In this document: positions 37,401 through 48,100 of the stretch, one piece after another | Layout of the letters: each line of letters begins with the position of its first letter | Position numbering within the stretch: the stretch's first letter is position 1 | DNA from: Aplysia californica | Lineage: Eukaryota | DNA length: 64,000 nt | NCBI RefSeq assembly: GCF_000002075.1 | Contig: NW_004797457.1 | Location: forward strand, 795,612 to 859,611 | Direction: 5' to 3' | Notes under the pieces: generated by a model | What the model saw: only the letters and a program-made list of their open reading frames with translations | Database searches by the model: none | What the model was told of the DNA's origin: nothing | Translations under genes and position numbers: made by a program

Positions 37401-38416
37401 CAAAGTACATACCAAGATAAATCATTTTTTTCCTGTCCTTTTCATTGGTGCTGTATGTGTCTTTCTTCCTGCTTGTGTAAAAACTTACACACACCACTGA
37501 CTGGTCCAGTGGAGACGAATTTCTGATTTTTGCAGACTGCCGCACTTATTGTTACATGTATGATGTATGGCTAACTGTCATTTTGTTTTTATCATAACTT
37601 TCCAGTTCTTGGAAAGTTAACCATTTAACACCTAGAGCAGCGTTTCAATTGCCAAATGTGCTCCCAATGCCCGTGTTTGCTGTGGTTTGCATTTCTGTAT
37701 TTAGGCAGAATGTCCGATTAGAATGACTAAAAAACGAGGCTATTAAACGAAAGTGGAGTTTTTTCTTTGAGTTTTTGAATGGTCAAAAAATGAACCAGAA
37801 ATAGTGTAGGATCTATTTGTGAATTTTTAAAGTAAATGTGACGAAATGGAGGCTGCAATAATAAAATAGAGTTGAAATGTGGACAAATCCAAGGAGACTT
37901 TGAAATTTTTATCAGGGACTCAAAATTAGTGGATTTTATTGTCAAATACAGTAATACATCTTGCATCAAGGCTATTTTGATGATGATCAGCCTGAAGTTG
38001 GACAAAAACTTGACAATTTTAGACATCAGGATTTCTAGATTTATCTGGAAAATTGTCGCCTCTGCTAATATTTGACAATTTCTATGACAGCTTCTTCTGT
38101 TTTGAAGTCGTATAATTTCAACTCTTCATATAGTCTTAGTGAGGAGAATATTTACCCCTTTTTTGGTTAGAATATTGCATTATCAAAAGCATCGTAAGCT
38201 CTTTTTAATCATATTCTCCCTGTTTTCATTTTCAACCATTGCAGGCGTGGCCAGATGAAAAAATCTCTGGACAAGTTTCGAGTTCGTTGCTCTATTTGGA
38301 TGGTTGGCTTCACATTTGTGTTTGCCGCTCTGATGGCCCTAATGGGAAGAAAAGCCAGGAACGAGGGTCAGTCAGTGACTAGCATTGCACTGGCCAAAAG
38401 AGAAAAAGGAGAATGA
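27216..38416 (+). CDS. FAM162: FAM162 family (UPF0389/DUF1075) protein, ~152 aa, likely mitochondrial, single TM
   Basis: Exons 27216-27405 (basic, Ser/Arg-rich presequence-like; G|GTGAGT), 36989-37085 (YKPSPFEQKILVWTKTYPAVADIPERIS) and 38245-38416 (RGQMKKSLDKFRVRCSIWMVGFTFVFAALMALMGRKARNEGQSVTSIALAKREKGE*). Phases 1 and 2 are consistent, 459 nt in total. The pattern P..F..KIL.WT....IP..I.....K.RV....M...T.......K.A....S matches FAM162A/B. Confidence 0.85.
27514..28298. mobile_element. TIR/foldback-like element built on the palindrome CTATTCTCACCCGGGGTGAGAATAG, with an internal ~210-bp direct duplication
   Basis: Palindromic motif clusters at 27523-27580 and 28208-28290. Internal direct repeat ~27760-27960 / ~27965-28160. 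Confidence 0.55.
28499..30945. mobile_element. Foldback-like element with >=270-bp TIRs containing 33-bp tandem subrepeats
   Basis: 28499-28822 is the reverse complement (with indels) of 30675-30945. The unit taggggaccgtacgcccc.atag.g.ttggcgc occurs ~3x at each end. Both inner arm ends run into N gaps. Confidence 0.75.
29727..30352. mobile_element. TA-flanked MITE nested inside the foldback element
   Basis: Perfect TIR tagtgcggtcaaaaat / atttttgaccgcacta with TA on both sides. Confidence 0.65.
31105..31806. mobile_element. Mutator/MULE-like non-autonomous element
   Basis: ~95-bp near-perfect TIRs (g)agtgtatacagacccggtaaccagg... and a 9-bp TSD ATTCAAATA at 31096-31104 and 31807-31815. The empty site is seen in the paralog at ~49488. 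Confidence 0.8.
32133..32660 (-). mobile_element. tRNA-derived SINE (Deu/Nin-domain-like body), copy 1
   Basis: Pol III A/B boxes at the 5' end (gtggccttgaggttaag..gttcga..cc type), gcacgttaaagatccc core, (AAAC)n tail. TSD GATATTGAA at 32124-32132 and 32661-32669, with the empty site in the paralog at ~49818. Close copy at 45854-46395. Confidence 0.88.
33423..34211 (-). mobile_element. MITE family B (TA-CAGTCGAACCTG termini)
   Basis: TIRs cagtcgaacctg / caggtttgattg with TA. Reverse orientation relative to 34396-35168 and 51209-52023. Confidence 0.8.
34396..35168 (+). mobile_element. MITE family B copy, right terminus truncated
   Basis: Colinear with 51209-52023 over ~770 bp. Confidence 0.8.
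36265..36615 (+). mobile_element. tRNA-derived CORE-type SINE with an L2-like 3' tail
   Basis: A box (gtagcctagtgg), B box (ggttcgaatccc), CORE-like gtgtccttg..aaggcacttta..cctcact..ggtg..aatgggtacc, and tail tgtaaagcgc..tagag..gcgctata.aaat..(tta)n. Confidence 0.8.
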
Positions 38417-40487
38417 GACTTTTAAGTAACATTATCTATTTATTATCTTAGTGTTGAAGCCGAATAGAGGCTAGTTGATGAGTAAGTGTGTTGTGAGGTT
38501 TATCTAAGCTGAGCAGTCCCAGAGAATGGCTGTTACAGTTCATAGGTCACACTCATACTCACAGGAAGCTTGTCTTGTTTTTGGAAAAGGTATAGAAGTA
38601 TTAGCAGGGTTCTTTCGGCTCTGTATAGCAACTTGTTACTAGATCTTTGGCTTCCTAGTTATTTTTTGAAAAAAAAAAGGTTGGTTTATATAAGTAAGAA
38701 AATATCAGCTCATTGTGACGTTATCGCACAAAGTTCAGACTTTTCATCCAGAGTGAAGAACCTTGAATTAGTGTAAAATGCGTCTTCCTTTGTCAAACGG
38801 TTACTTTTGTAAGTTATCCTCCTTTTTCTCCACACCATGGAATAATTGTCAAGTTCCTGTGCACATTTTTGTTTTCTTTGGTACTGGACAAGTTTAGAAC
38901 TGACCTTACTATGACATCATCTTATTTTTTAACTAAACAATTTTTGGTCACATGCTATCTTTCATTTAGAATATCAGATTTGGTGGACTTCAATTACAAA
39001 CACGATCTATTTTTGTTGGTCAATTTGTGAATTTAAATGTCATTCAAGCATATGATGAAGCTGTCCCACTGAGATTTGCTCTCGTAAGATTGTAAAATCT
39101 TGTTTTGCCTTAGAAATGATGCCTTTTTATTTTCATGTTTGAGATTGGTGAGGAAATGTTCTATTCTTATCTTGTGAAAACAGAATCATATTTTATTTTC
39201 GAATGCAGGTGTTTATTAGGCATAGCAGTGATAATAGGTTGTCAAGCTGGAAAGCTTAAGCAGTGCTCTGAAAATAAAGGATCATGTTGACTAAGAAGGG
39301 ATGAGAAACCGTGATTTTAAACTTTGAGCATTTCTGCAGTTGTACCATTTTGCAGTCCTTCCTTTATTTTTTTATTTTTTTCCTCGGTGTTGTCTTTATT
39401 AGGCAATTCTTACTGGGATACTTTATTTTTCCTGGTAATATGTTGTGTTGTAATATACAATGCTCCTTCACGGGAACTCGATAGCTAGGGTTTTGAAAAA
39501 AGCGGATGAAATCTCAGTGGATAGATAAACCTGTCTCAGCCTTTACCTGCTGAAGCCACGTGAACCTATGAGGAGAGAATCCATGAGGAGAAATGCAGGA
39601 ATACTAAAGAGTAGACGCATGACTTGAGAAGTACTGAGCTCAATGCAAAGCCTGTTTGAATCTCCCGACAGACTGACCCGGAATAGAAGCAGGGTATAAA
39701 ATATGATTGATCTAAATGCACTCTGCAGTAAAAAGATCGTTAAAGAATAAGAGAGCAGAGCACCTGTGCTCTCAAAACAAACGTAAGGAGAAGAGGCAGC
39801 TTACTTGACTGCTGCCTGTATTATATATATATACATACATACATAATTATTCTGTTCTGTGACTGTCCGTCCAGGTCATGCACAGAGTCGGCCACATGGC
39901 TTGTTCACTCCAAAAACCAACTATTTGTTGGCTCTCCACTGATTTTGAGTTTTTGTCAATATTGAAATGAATGGTATTTTCCTACCTGGCATTTTATATC
40001 ACGGTTTCGTTTCAAACACATTTCTCCCTGCCACCTATGTAGATAAAAAGTCAGTTTCCAACTACGGACACTCCCCTCAAAAAATGAATTAAAAAATATG
40101 ATTGTGCTTTTTTTAGCTGTTTAAGTGTACACATTGTAAATGAAAATTCTGGTGTTTAAACTTTAATGCTCTCTGCGAAATGTTGTTTTCTATTGCAGTA
40201 TATAATATAATGTTTAAAATCTCACTGTTCTATTGTACCAAACTTTGTTTTAGCTGTGATCTTCTGTATAGACTATGAACTATGATTGTAAGATTCGTAT
40301 CTTTTCCAAAGAATCCAGTAATAATACAGAACAATGTCTGGATCTTGCCCATTGTGACAAAAATATTGTGGTTTTTTTTGTTGTAATTTGTCCTGTTCTT
40401 GTCTGAGGACTTTCGTCTAAACCACTTTATTGTGCTGTTATTATATTACATCTTTGCATGTTTTGTGTGGTTTTGTCTTTAGATTTA

Positions 40488-40493
40488 AATAAA
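40488..40493 (+). promoter_or_regulatory. Candidate polyadenylation signal ending a ~2-kb FAM162 3'UTR
   Basis: AATAAA after a long U-rich tract and followed by U-rich sequence. The TE-dense region resumes right after it. Confidence 0.35.
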
Positions 40494-40581
40494 ATGATTG
40501 CCAAATATTAGGCAGATTTACATAGTAAATTAATTAAATTTTGTTCCTGTTTCTTTTTTCAATGTAAAGAGAAAGACTTCC

Positions 40582-40875
40582 AGCCTGGGCTGTAATGGTT
40601 TAGCGCTACACTGTTGAACACAGGTGTGTAGGTGGTTTGCGGGTGCTCTGGTGTGATTTGCTCCTTCTCTCCTCAAACACCAATGATCCATATATCTCTT
40701 CTCCTTCTTTTTTGTGTTTGCTACTCTCTTGTAACACCTCTAGGTGGTTGGCGGGTGCTCTGGTGTGGTTTGCTTCTTCTTTCCTATCAAACATCTATCG
40801 TCTTTATCTCCCTATATCATTTATATGACCTTATTGTGATGCAAGTGCCGTAAAACACTTACTAAAACTAAACGA
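40582..40875 (+). mobile_element. SINE-like element of a third family, with internal duplication; related copies at ~55455-55630, ~61805-61985, ~62117-62295
   Basis: Shared body taggtggttggcgggtgct.tgg....gtttgct and a tail atatgacctta.tg...gc.agtgccgtaaaacactta resembling the tail of the 32133/45854 SINE. Confidence 0.6.
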
Positions 40876-40898
40876 ACACCTCTGATCTTCAGCACTTA

Positions 40899-41439
40899 CG
40901 AGGGGCATACCAAAAGTTTTTTACCTGACCATGAAGGAATAAAGGTAGAAAGCTGAAATTTGGGGTGAAAGCCAACAATCATCTTTCTAGAATGCATTTA
41001 AATTTTGGGGAATTTCAGATTTCTGGTTTTACGACCAGCACAGTGTAAGTGAATGGGGATATGTTGTTCTCCAGTTTCAACATAAAAATGGAGAAAATTG
41101 AGGGCAGTGCAGTAATGAAATATTTGTTCTCGCCTTGCAAGTAACTACAGGATATTTTTACGGAGATGCATGCCGTATGGAACTGATTGCCCATCCTATG
41201 CTGTGATAAAATTTTGGTGTAAAAAAAGTGATGATGAGATCAAAGTAGCGGTAGAGGGCTGGTTTTCTGACATAGAGAGGGTCCTCTACTCTCAGGGTCT
41301 TTTCAAGGTCATTCACAGATGGCAAACATGTATAACTCTGGGAGGCGACTACATTAAGAAAGACTAAGTTTAGTACCAAATTTCAGCTTTCTACTTTTAG
41401 TCTCTCATGGTCAGGTAAAAACTTTTGTTATGCCCCTCG
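40899..41439 (+). mobile_element. Internally deleted mariner derivative (541 bp)
   Basis: TA on both flanks and ~65-bp TIRs cgaggggcata.caaaagtttt..acctgaccatga... Retains the transposase N-terminus (MEKIEG.AVMKYLF..YG.DCPSY) joined to the C-terminus (SDDEIKVAVEGWF...RWQTCITLGGDYIKK). Confidence 0.88.
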
Positions 41440-41884
41440 TAGATGGCCTTATTGTGTTTCAAGTTATTAGGCTCAATCTAAGCCATAAAACTTTTTCTAA
41501 AACTAAAAAGATGTAAATCAAGGTTCGATTTGAGTGCAGAGGTTTTTTATCAAGTATCTATGTCCGTCTGCTGGGATGTGGCATCCCTCTCAGCCTCGGT
41601 TGGCTCTGAAAGGCAGGGTTGAAGCAGCCGGCCTTCTAAATAATCAAAATTGTGTCGATGCGGATGTAAAACAGAAATTCAAATGCCAGAGACTGTCTGA
41701 AGCTGCCTTACAAGTTGTGGTACTAAAATTCTCCAAGAGATAAAAATTCATTTTATAGTTATATAGGCCCACATTGACATAATGTACATGCCCGTTGTAT
41801 TGAGTGTGGAGTGGTGGGGCTACCACATTTCATGATCTACTTAGGACATGTGTTCAAATCTTTTACGAAAGGGAAATATTTTTA

Positions 41885-42706
41885 CAGTCCATGCGGGCTT
41901 TAAGCACGGTCACCGGGAGAAAGCTTAAGCGTGCTTAATGCCGAAGCGTGCTTGAGTGCGAAGTAGACATAATCCAGAAATTTTCATACGTAGAAAATTT
42001 CTCCTGCTATTTCCCTTGTAAGTAGGCCTAGGGTATAGCGGTCCTGCAAAAGTGTGCACTGTTATTTTTACCCGCCATGGTAGACTCTAGTTTTTGTTTT
42101 GTGGTCGAATGGGAAACGAAAACTTAATTTAGACGGCCAGTCATGATACTGCACACTAGGCCTACACACTGCCTGTGCGTACCACTGCCCTGCCACATTC
42201 ATACCACCGCCTTCATCCCACCCTGCGCGTGATGCACAATCAGGATTAATGGATAGCGAGCTATACGTTCTCTGAACGTTTATATAGCGATGGTCAAAGG
42301 TGAAATCGCAGCCAGCATCCCTTTCTCGTCTTCCCGACTCTCTTTGTATTTTTTTGTCTGTGAGTAGCTTTGCCCTAGGCTAGATCCTATGTCCATGCCC
42401 GTGGCTGTGTGCATCTCTCTGCCTTCCTCTCCGCGCGTGTGTGTGTCCATCACTTGCGTTCTTTGTGTTTCACTTCTTAACAACACACTCACAGATGTGG
42501 TGTAGACTGTTCGAACTTCGATTAGGTCATCATGAAAGTATTGACTGTCTTGTAAATGAAACGTGCCCGAAGCCGAAGTTACCGTGCTTAAAGTTAAAGG
42601 CGTGTAATTTAATTTATATATATAGCAAAAATTCGGTAAGAGCCGTTTAGCGTGCTTGAGTCCGAAACATGCTTTATGCCGGCGTGCTTAAAGCCGGCAC
42701 GGACTG
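41885..42706. mobile_element. MITE family A, copy 2
   Basis: Colinear with 21731-22510, with TIRs and TA flanks. Confidence 0.85.
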
Positions 42707-45146
42707 TATTATATTGGTTTGTATCAAGCTTCTTCGAAATGTTGCTGGAGTCACTGAAAACTTGTTTTTAAAATTGAATTGGAACGTTTTACCCCACATC
42801 TGTGTAAATTTGATAGTTTAAGAAGTCGGCTGCTTTGACCCTGTTAGTTATTCCCACTGAGTGGGATATCCCAGCAATAACATTCAAAGGTATTCAATAG
42901 ATTTAATATCTTCCTCATGTGGGAATTGAACTTTTGTCTCAATGCTTAAAAAGTGAAGACTGTCGGGCTTATGGGCCTCTATGTATAGAGCACCTAGCTT
43001 GGATTTAATGCTTTGGGTGCTGGGGGACATTGTTTGGTAAAGGACTGTTACACTATATTATTGCTGGTTATAAGTGGTGCACATGTAGGCCTACATATTT
43101 TTATTTTTAAATAAATGAACACCACTCTGATGTAGTATAGAGAAAGTAGTCTGTAGTCTAATGTTCTGTCAGTCAAGTAAGTAAAATAGTCTCAGTAGGA
43201 AGGTTCCCCTCAGACTTTTGAGGAGCTTTTCACTCCTTCTGATTCAAAGTAGATGTGGTGAACATTGAGGTCCTTCCTCATAACTTTTTATATTTATCCT
43301 GTGGATTCCACTTAATCCAAGTAGGCCTCCAGTGGTAACCCGAAAGAAAATATAATTCCAGATTTATTTTTCTTTTTAAAATTGAGCAACCTCTCTAAAC
43401 CAAAAGCTCAGCTGCTAAACTGAAGAAAATCTGGTTGTCCTGCAGGTTTCGGTTGAAGCGGATTCCACTGTTCAAGAATCTGTTACCGTATATGAATTAT
43501 AATAAGGCTTCGGATTAATCACTGGGAAGGTTTTACTTAAGGTCCTTCAGTTCTTCAACTAGATTATTGATTATTGTCACCTTGCCATGGTCTGAAAGAA
43601 AACTTAAAATTTATCTGTATCTTTTTTACAGTTGCTCTGTCTGGGACTGGGAGTCTGACAGACATCAGTCTGCGTTAACTCTTTCTGATTTTGTAGCTTG
43701 CGTCAACACCTAATTGAAATTGGCACCATTGCACTAGGACACATTCTGACACCATTGCACTTGGACACATTCTTGCACCATTTCACTTATACAAATTCTG
43801 TTATGTACTGACACATCATGGTCCAGAGACTTTTTCAAGATAAGGTATGCAGTGTTATAAATCTAACTGACATGAAAGAGGGAACTCGTGTATAAGTTAC
43901 AAAAACTGTTTAATATACCATAATGAACTAGCCAAACTAGTCTTTTGGGAAAACGCACCAGATACTGATGAGACAATGTAACTTAAACAATTTGTGGTTA
44001 ATTTAATTAAAACAAATAGTCAATTTTCACCATGGTGGGTCCAAATCTGACAATATCATAAACATATCACAGACAAAATATGTTATTTTTGAACAGAAAC
44101 AACTGATGAAAAAAATTACGTAAATGTTATATCTACAGTACTTTGTAGGCAAAATGTATGCATCAAATACAAAAAGAAATAGCACACATGCAAATTTTGT
44201 TGAGCCACAACTTCAAATTTAAAAAATTAAGAAAAGTTTGACTGTAAAAGAGTCATTATAAAAATATATATGATTTGAATGTTACAGGTAACTGTAATGG
44301 CTATGTTACCACTATGCATAATAACTTTTACAACCATCATTATACAGAGATGGGAGTTTCAAAAATAAAAATGAAAGATGAGAGAAAACAGAAACAAGAG
44401 CCTTGATAAAAAATAAAAAAATAAAGGTGACAGAAAGATATTTCTACCGAGATAGAGGAGACTTTTAAAAAAGTGAAAGGTGAGAGTGAGAGGTAAGTTT
44501 ATAAGTGAAAGGAAAATGTTGAACCTGATTTGATATTTTATGGCAGTACAGCAATGAGATGTAACAATAAAATATATGCCTTTCACTTAGATCTAACTAC
44601 ATATTTCCTGTATGCAGTCTTACACACACATAGCGAAACAAGAACCCAGTGAATAGATTTTCAGGTCCTGAATTTTTTCTTACATATATTATTTTTTTTT
44701 GTACATGTACTTAAAGTTTAAGTTAAAGAAAAAAATTTAACGCATTCATAGCTAAATTTATACATCACGAAGTGGTTTTGGAATCCCAACAATTTTTCTC
44801 TGTGCATGATAGACTATGCAATATAATGCATGTTATACATGAAGAAAATAATAAGAAAGTAATAAAGAAACGGATACTGATAGTGATAGTTAAATTATGG
44901 CGTACAGTAAGATGGGGAAAGAGAACTTGCCCATATCACCGCAGTTTAGGACAATAAAATGCAGCAGCATGACAGGCAAGCAATGCAGTGGAAGCTTTAA
45001 TAGTGTATTGTGGTCCAGAAAAAACTGGTAGATTTCAAGAGATGAGTCCTGACTCAACTGCAAAACCAGAATGTAACAATCACTGGGAACCAACACTGGA
45101 TGTTCTCCAAAGTACTGTGATCAGTCCTACAACCAGGAATAGATGA

Positions 45147-48100
45147 TCACAGGTAGACTTTGGAATCACCTGAAAAAGTAAAAGAAAATCTGAAGATAAC
45201 AGACACTTGGAACATACATTTTTAGAACATTTGGTGTATGGTAATGAGTTAGAATCTAGCATTGATCTAGACAGACAAGGGCGTTTCCTTTTCAATGAAC
45301 TGAAAATACAGTATAATACAGAGATAGATTGAACACAGAAGACTCGAAATCACACATGCCCAACTGTGCCTGCAGTCCTGTTTTTTTCTTCTTCATTATC
45401 TTTGTAAGAAAATTACGCCTAGCTCGAATAAAAACATGGAACAGTCGAACTGATTATGCCACCGTAGAGGTCTAAAGTCAATGTCCTTTGAGGTGCACTT
45501 GAGACAAAATAATAATAACAAAAATAAATGAAAAAGGGCAAGGTTGGTAAAATACCACCTTCCCCCATCCACATAAGTAGCTAGCTGTACTATTTTTAGT
45601 GTACTGCTCGATACGTGTGTCAAGGCCTAGGCCTAGCAAGGCTGGAGTGGAGTGGGCAAGAGGAAGGGTTGTGCATCACACGATTGGCTTCTCCACCCCT
45701 CTTCACAAAGGTGGGAGAGGCGGATAACTGTTGCGACTTATCCTATCAAATTTCAAATTGTTTATATTTCCTTCCTTGATTCTCTGACGACACAGCCGAT
45801 GCCATAACACTGTTTATGTATCCTTCGAACTACAGATCCCTCAAACAACAGAAGGGGGCTCTCGTGGCCTAGAGGTTAAGGTGTTGGCCTCTCATTCAAA
45901 GGTCCCGGGTTCGAATCCGGGTAGCGACCGAAAAATTTTCTTCTCTAAAATTGTCTCCTTTCACCTCCTTTCCTGCTCTCTAGCAATATTCTGTCGTCTG
46001 ATTTCGTCTCCTCTTTCTGCCCCTACCCTCTGCCCCTACCCTCTCACCTCCTTTGCCCCCTCCTCTGGGCTCCGGACTCTTTCTGCAGCCTTTCTACTGC
46101 TACTTCTTGACTCCTTCTTACAGCTGCCACACCCCTGATCTTCTGGTAGGAAAGATCTACACCTAGCCTTCTCGGACAAGGGCGAAAAATCTCGGAGAGC
46201 CCGTGTGCAAGTTGCGCACGTTAAAGATCCCTTGGTGGTCTAAAATCGATAAGAGTAGGCTTCAGCCGCCACCCGGGCAAAACTCAAAATTTCCTACCAA
46301 CTAAAAGTATTAGGTGTGCCCCGCGCGCTCATATGACCTTATGCAGTTGCCAGCGCCGTAAAAACACTTACCAAAAACCCCCCCAAAAAACTACAAAAGT
46401 CGATCCCCACGAGCTCGAGCTATCCTTGTTATACTGTAGTAGGTTCTTTTTTGCCTTGTTGTTTGTTTCTATAAACATAACATGAGAATCTTCTTTGTTT
46501 CAATTTTTCAGGAGCCAAGCATCACAGTATGATTTCCTTTACCGTTCTTATGTTGTTGTGTAACTATTTAAGTATTGAGTGAAGGATCTTTGAATTTTGA
46601 TGAAAGAATTGTTTGAGACACAAACATTCTGTTATATATGTCAAAGTTAGTATAAACTCACTGGCATACTTGTATGGGTGAAATGACAGGGGTACGTGAT
46701 GCAGCATGTAAAGATACATAATAAAGCCACTTAAGATTTCACAATTTTGTTTCTAAAACAAACTTTTTTTCATTTAGTAAACTCAACACTGATACACTTC
46801 ACAGTAAAATTATCAGTAAAAAGAAAATTGGTTGAGAAGTTTAAAGAAAACTGTTTTGCACTACCTGTAAGTCCTGAAAAAAATGAGTTATTAGTTATAT
46901 CTTTTCACATGAGAGTAATGGATGCACTAGTACTTACCGGTGCTATGTTGGGCACCTTTTTGTTTAATGGGTGGAAGCGGCCGCGGGTGGATGTTCCGAG
47001 TCTCATAATCAGGAAAGGAAAAATCTAAAGAAGAAAGAAAAATGTGTTTTGTTGGAAATCCTACCACAACGACCACCTCTTTAACTTTAGAGCAACAACC
47101 TCTTTTATAAAGCATGTTTGAGGAATCATAATTCATTTGCTACATATTTATCTGGCCTCCATATAGTGATATCTGCTTATCAAACTGTTAATTTTCAAGA
47201 GAGCCTCCAACACAAGGAAAATTTAAAAAAAGCTCCTCAAAGTGAGCTGCATAATATGACCACCATCAACAATCTAATATGGTCAAAATTCAGATATTTT
47301 TCAAGACACATTCCATTCGCAACTTTTTTCATTTGTCGGTTCCAACAAATTGAGGTTGGACCCGCCAAAATCGTTGGATGCACATTTTGCAGTATAAACT
47401 AAATTTCAAATTGCAATCAGCCATTCAGTTTAAGTTTTTACCATTAGGTTTTCCTATAACAGCCATTTGTGTCACAACACGGTGGAATCAGGCGCTCGTT
47501 AATTGTTGGGCATTTGGAGTTATTGGTATCACCTTAAAGCTTGTTCGTTTGTCTTGCTTTCAATGGAAAAATTTCCTATTTATCTTGAGTACATGTCGAG
47601 ATATCTGCCATTGAATGAAGTGCAGTCGCCTGGTTTCAGAGAAAAAATTATTGAGAAAATGGCCTCCAAAGTTTGGCTTTACAAAGCATCAGAGTCCGTG
47701 AAAACTGACAATTTACATTTTTTTATGCCTTTATCTAACTTTTTTCAATATAATTCACACTGAAATGGGTTCTTAAAGTAAATGGACATAAAAAATGTTA
47801 AGCTAAAAAAACGAAAATTCGATAAAAATTGGCAAACTGGTGGAAAAGTGCCAGTTTCTTCATTTTCATTATTTTGAAGAGCGCCTGATTTCACCACGTT
47901 GCCTCACGTTTATGAGGCCATAAATTCCACATATCTATGCAGTGAAAAAATTCTATACCCTTGGACAACTTTATTTTGCAACAAAAAAAAAAATTACATT
48001 TTATTTTTAATCTAATTCTTACCAAAAGAATCTATCTTCCGCTGGTTTGAGTCTGCTTCACCACGCCTGAATGATTTCAATTCAACTTCTTGCCTTTGTC

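Noticed and set aside
43200-43530. Possible Penelope GIY-YIG remnant
   Set aside because: Only a vague LEAY..P motif, too degenerate to support.
45854-45930. tRNA gene (also 32585-32660 and 36265-36335)
   Set aside because: A/B boxes are present, but the acceptor and anticodon stems pair poorly and each head continues into a dispersed SINE body and tail.
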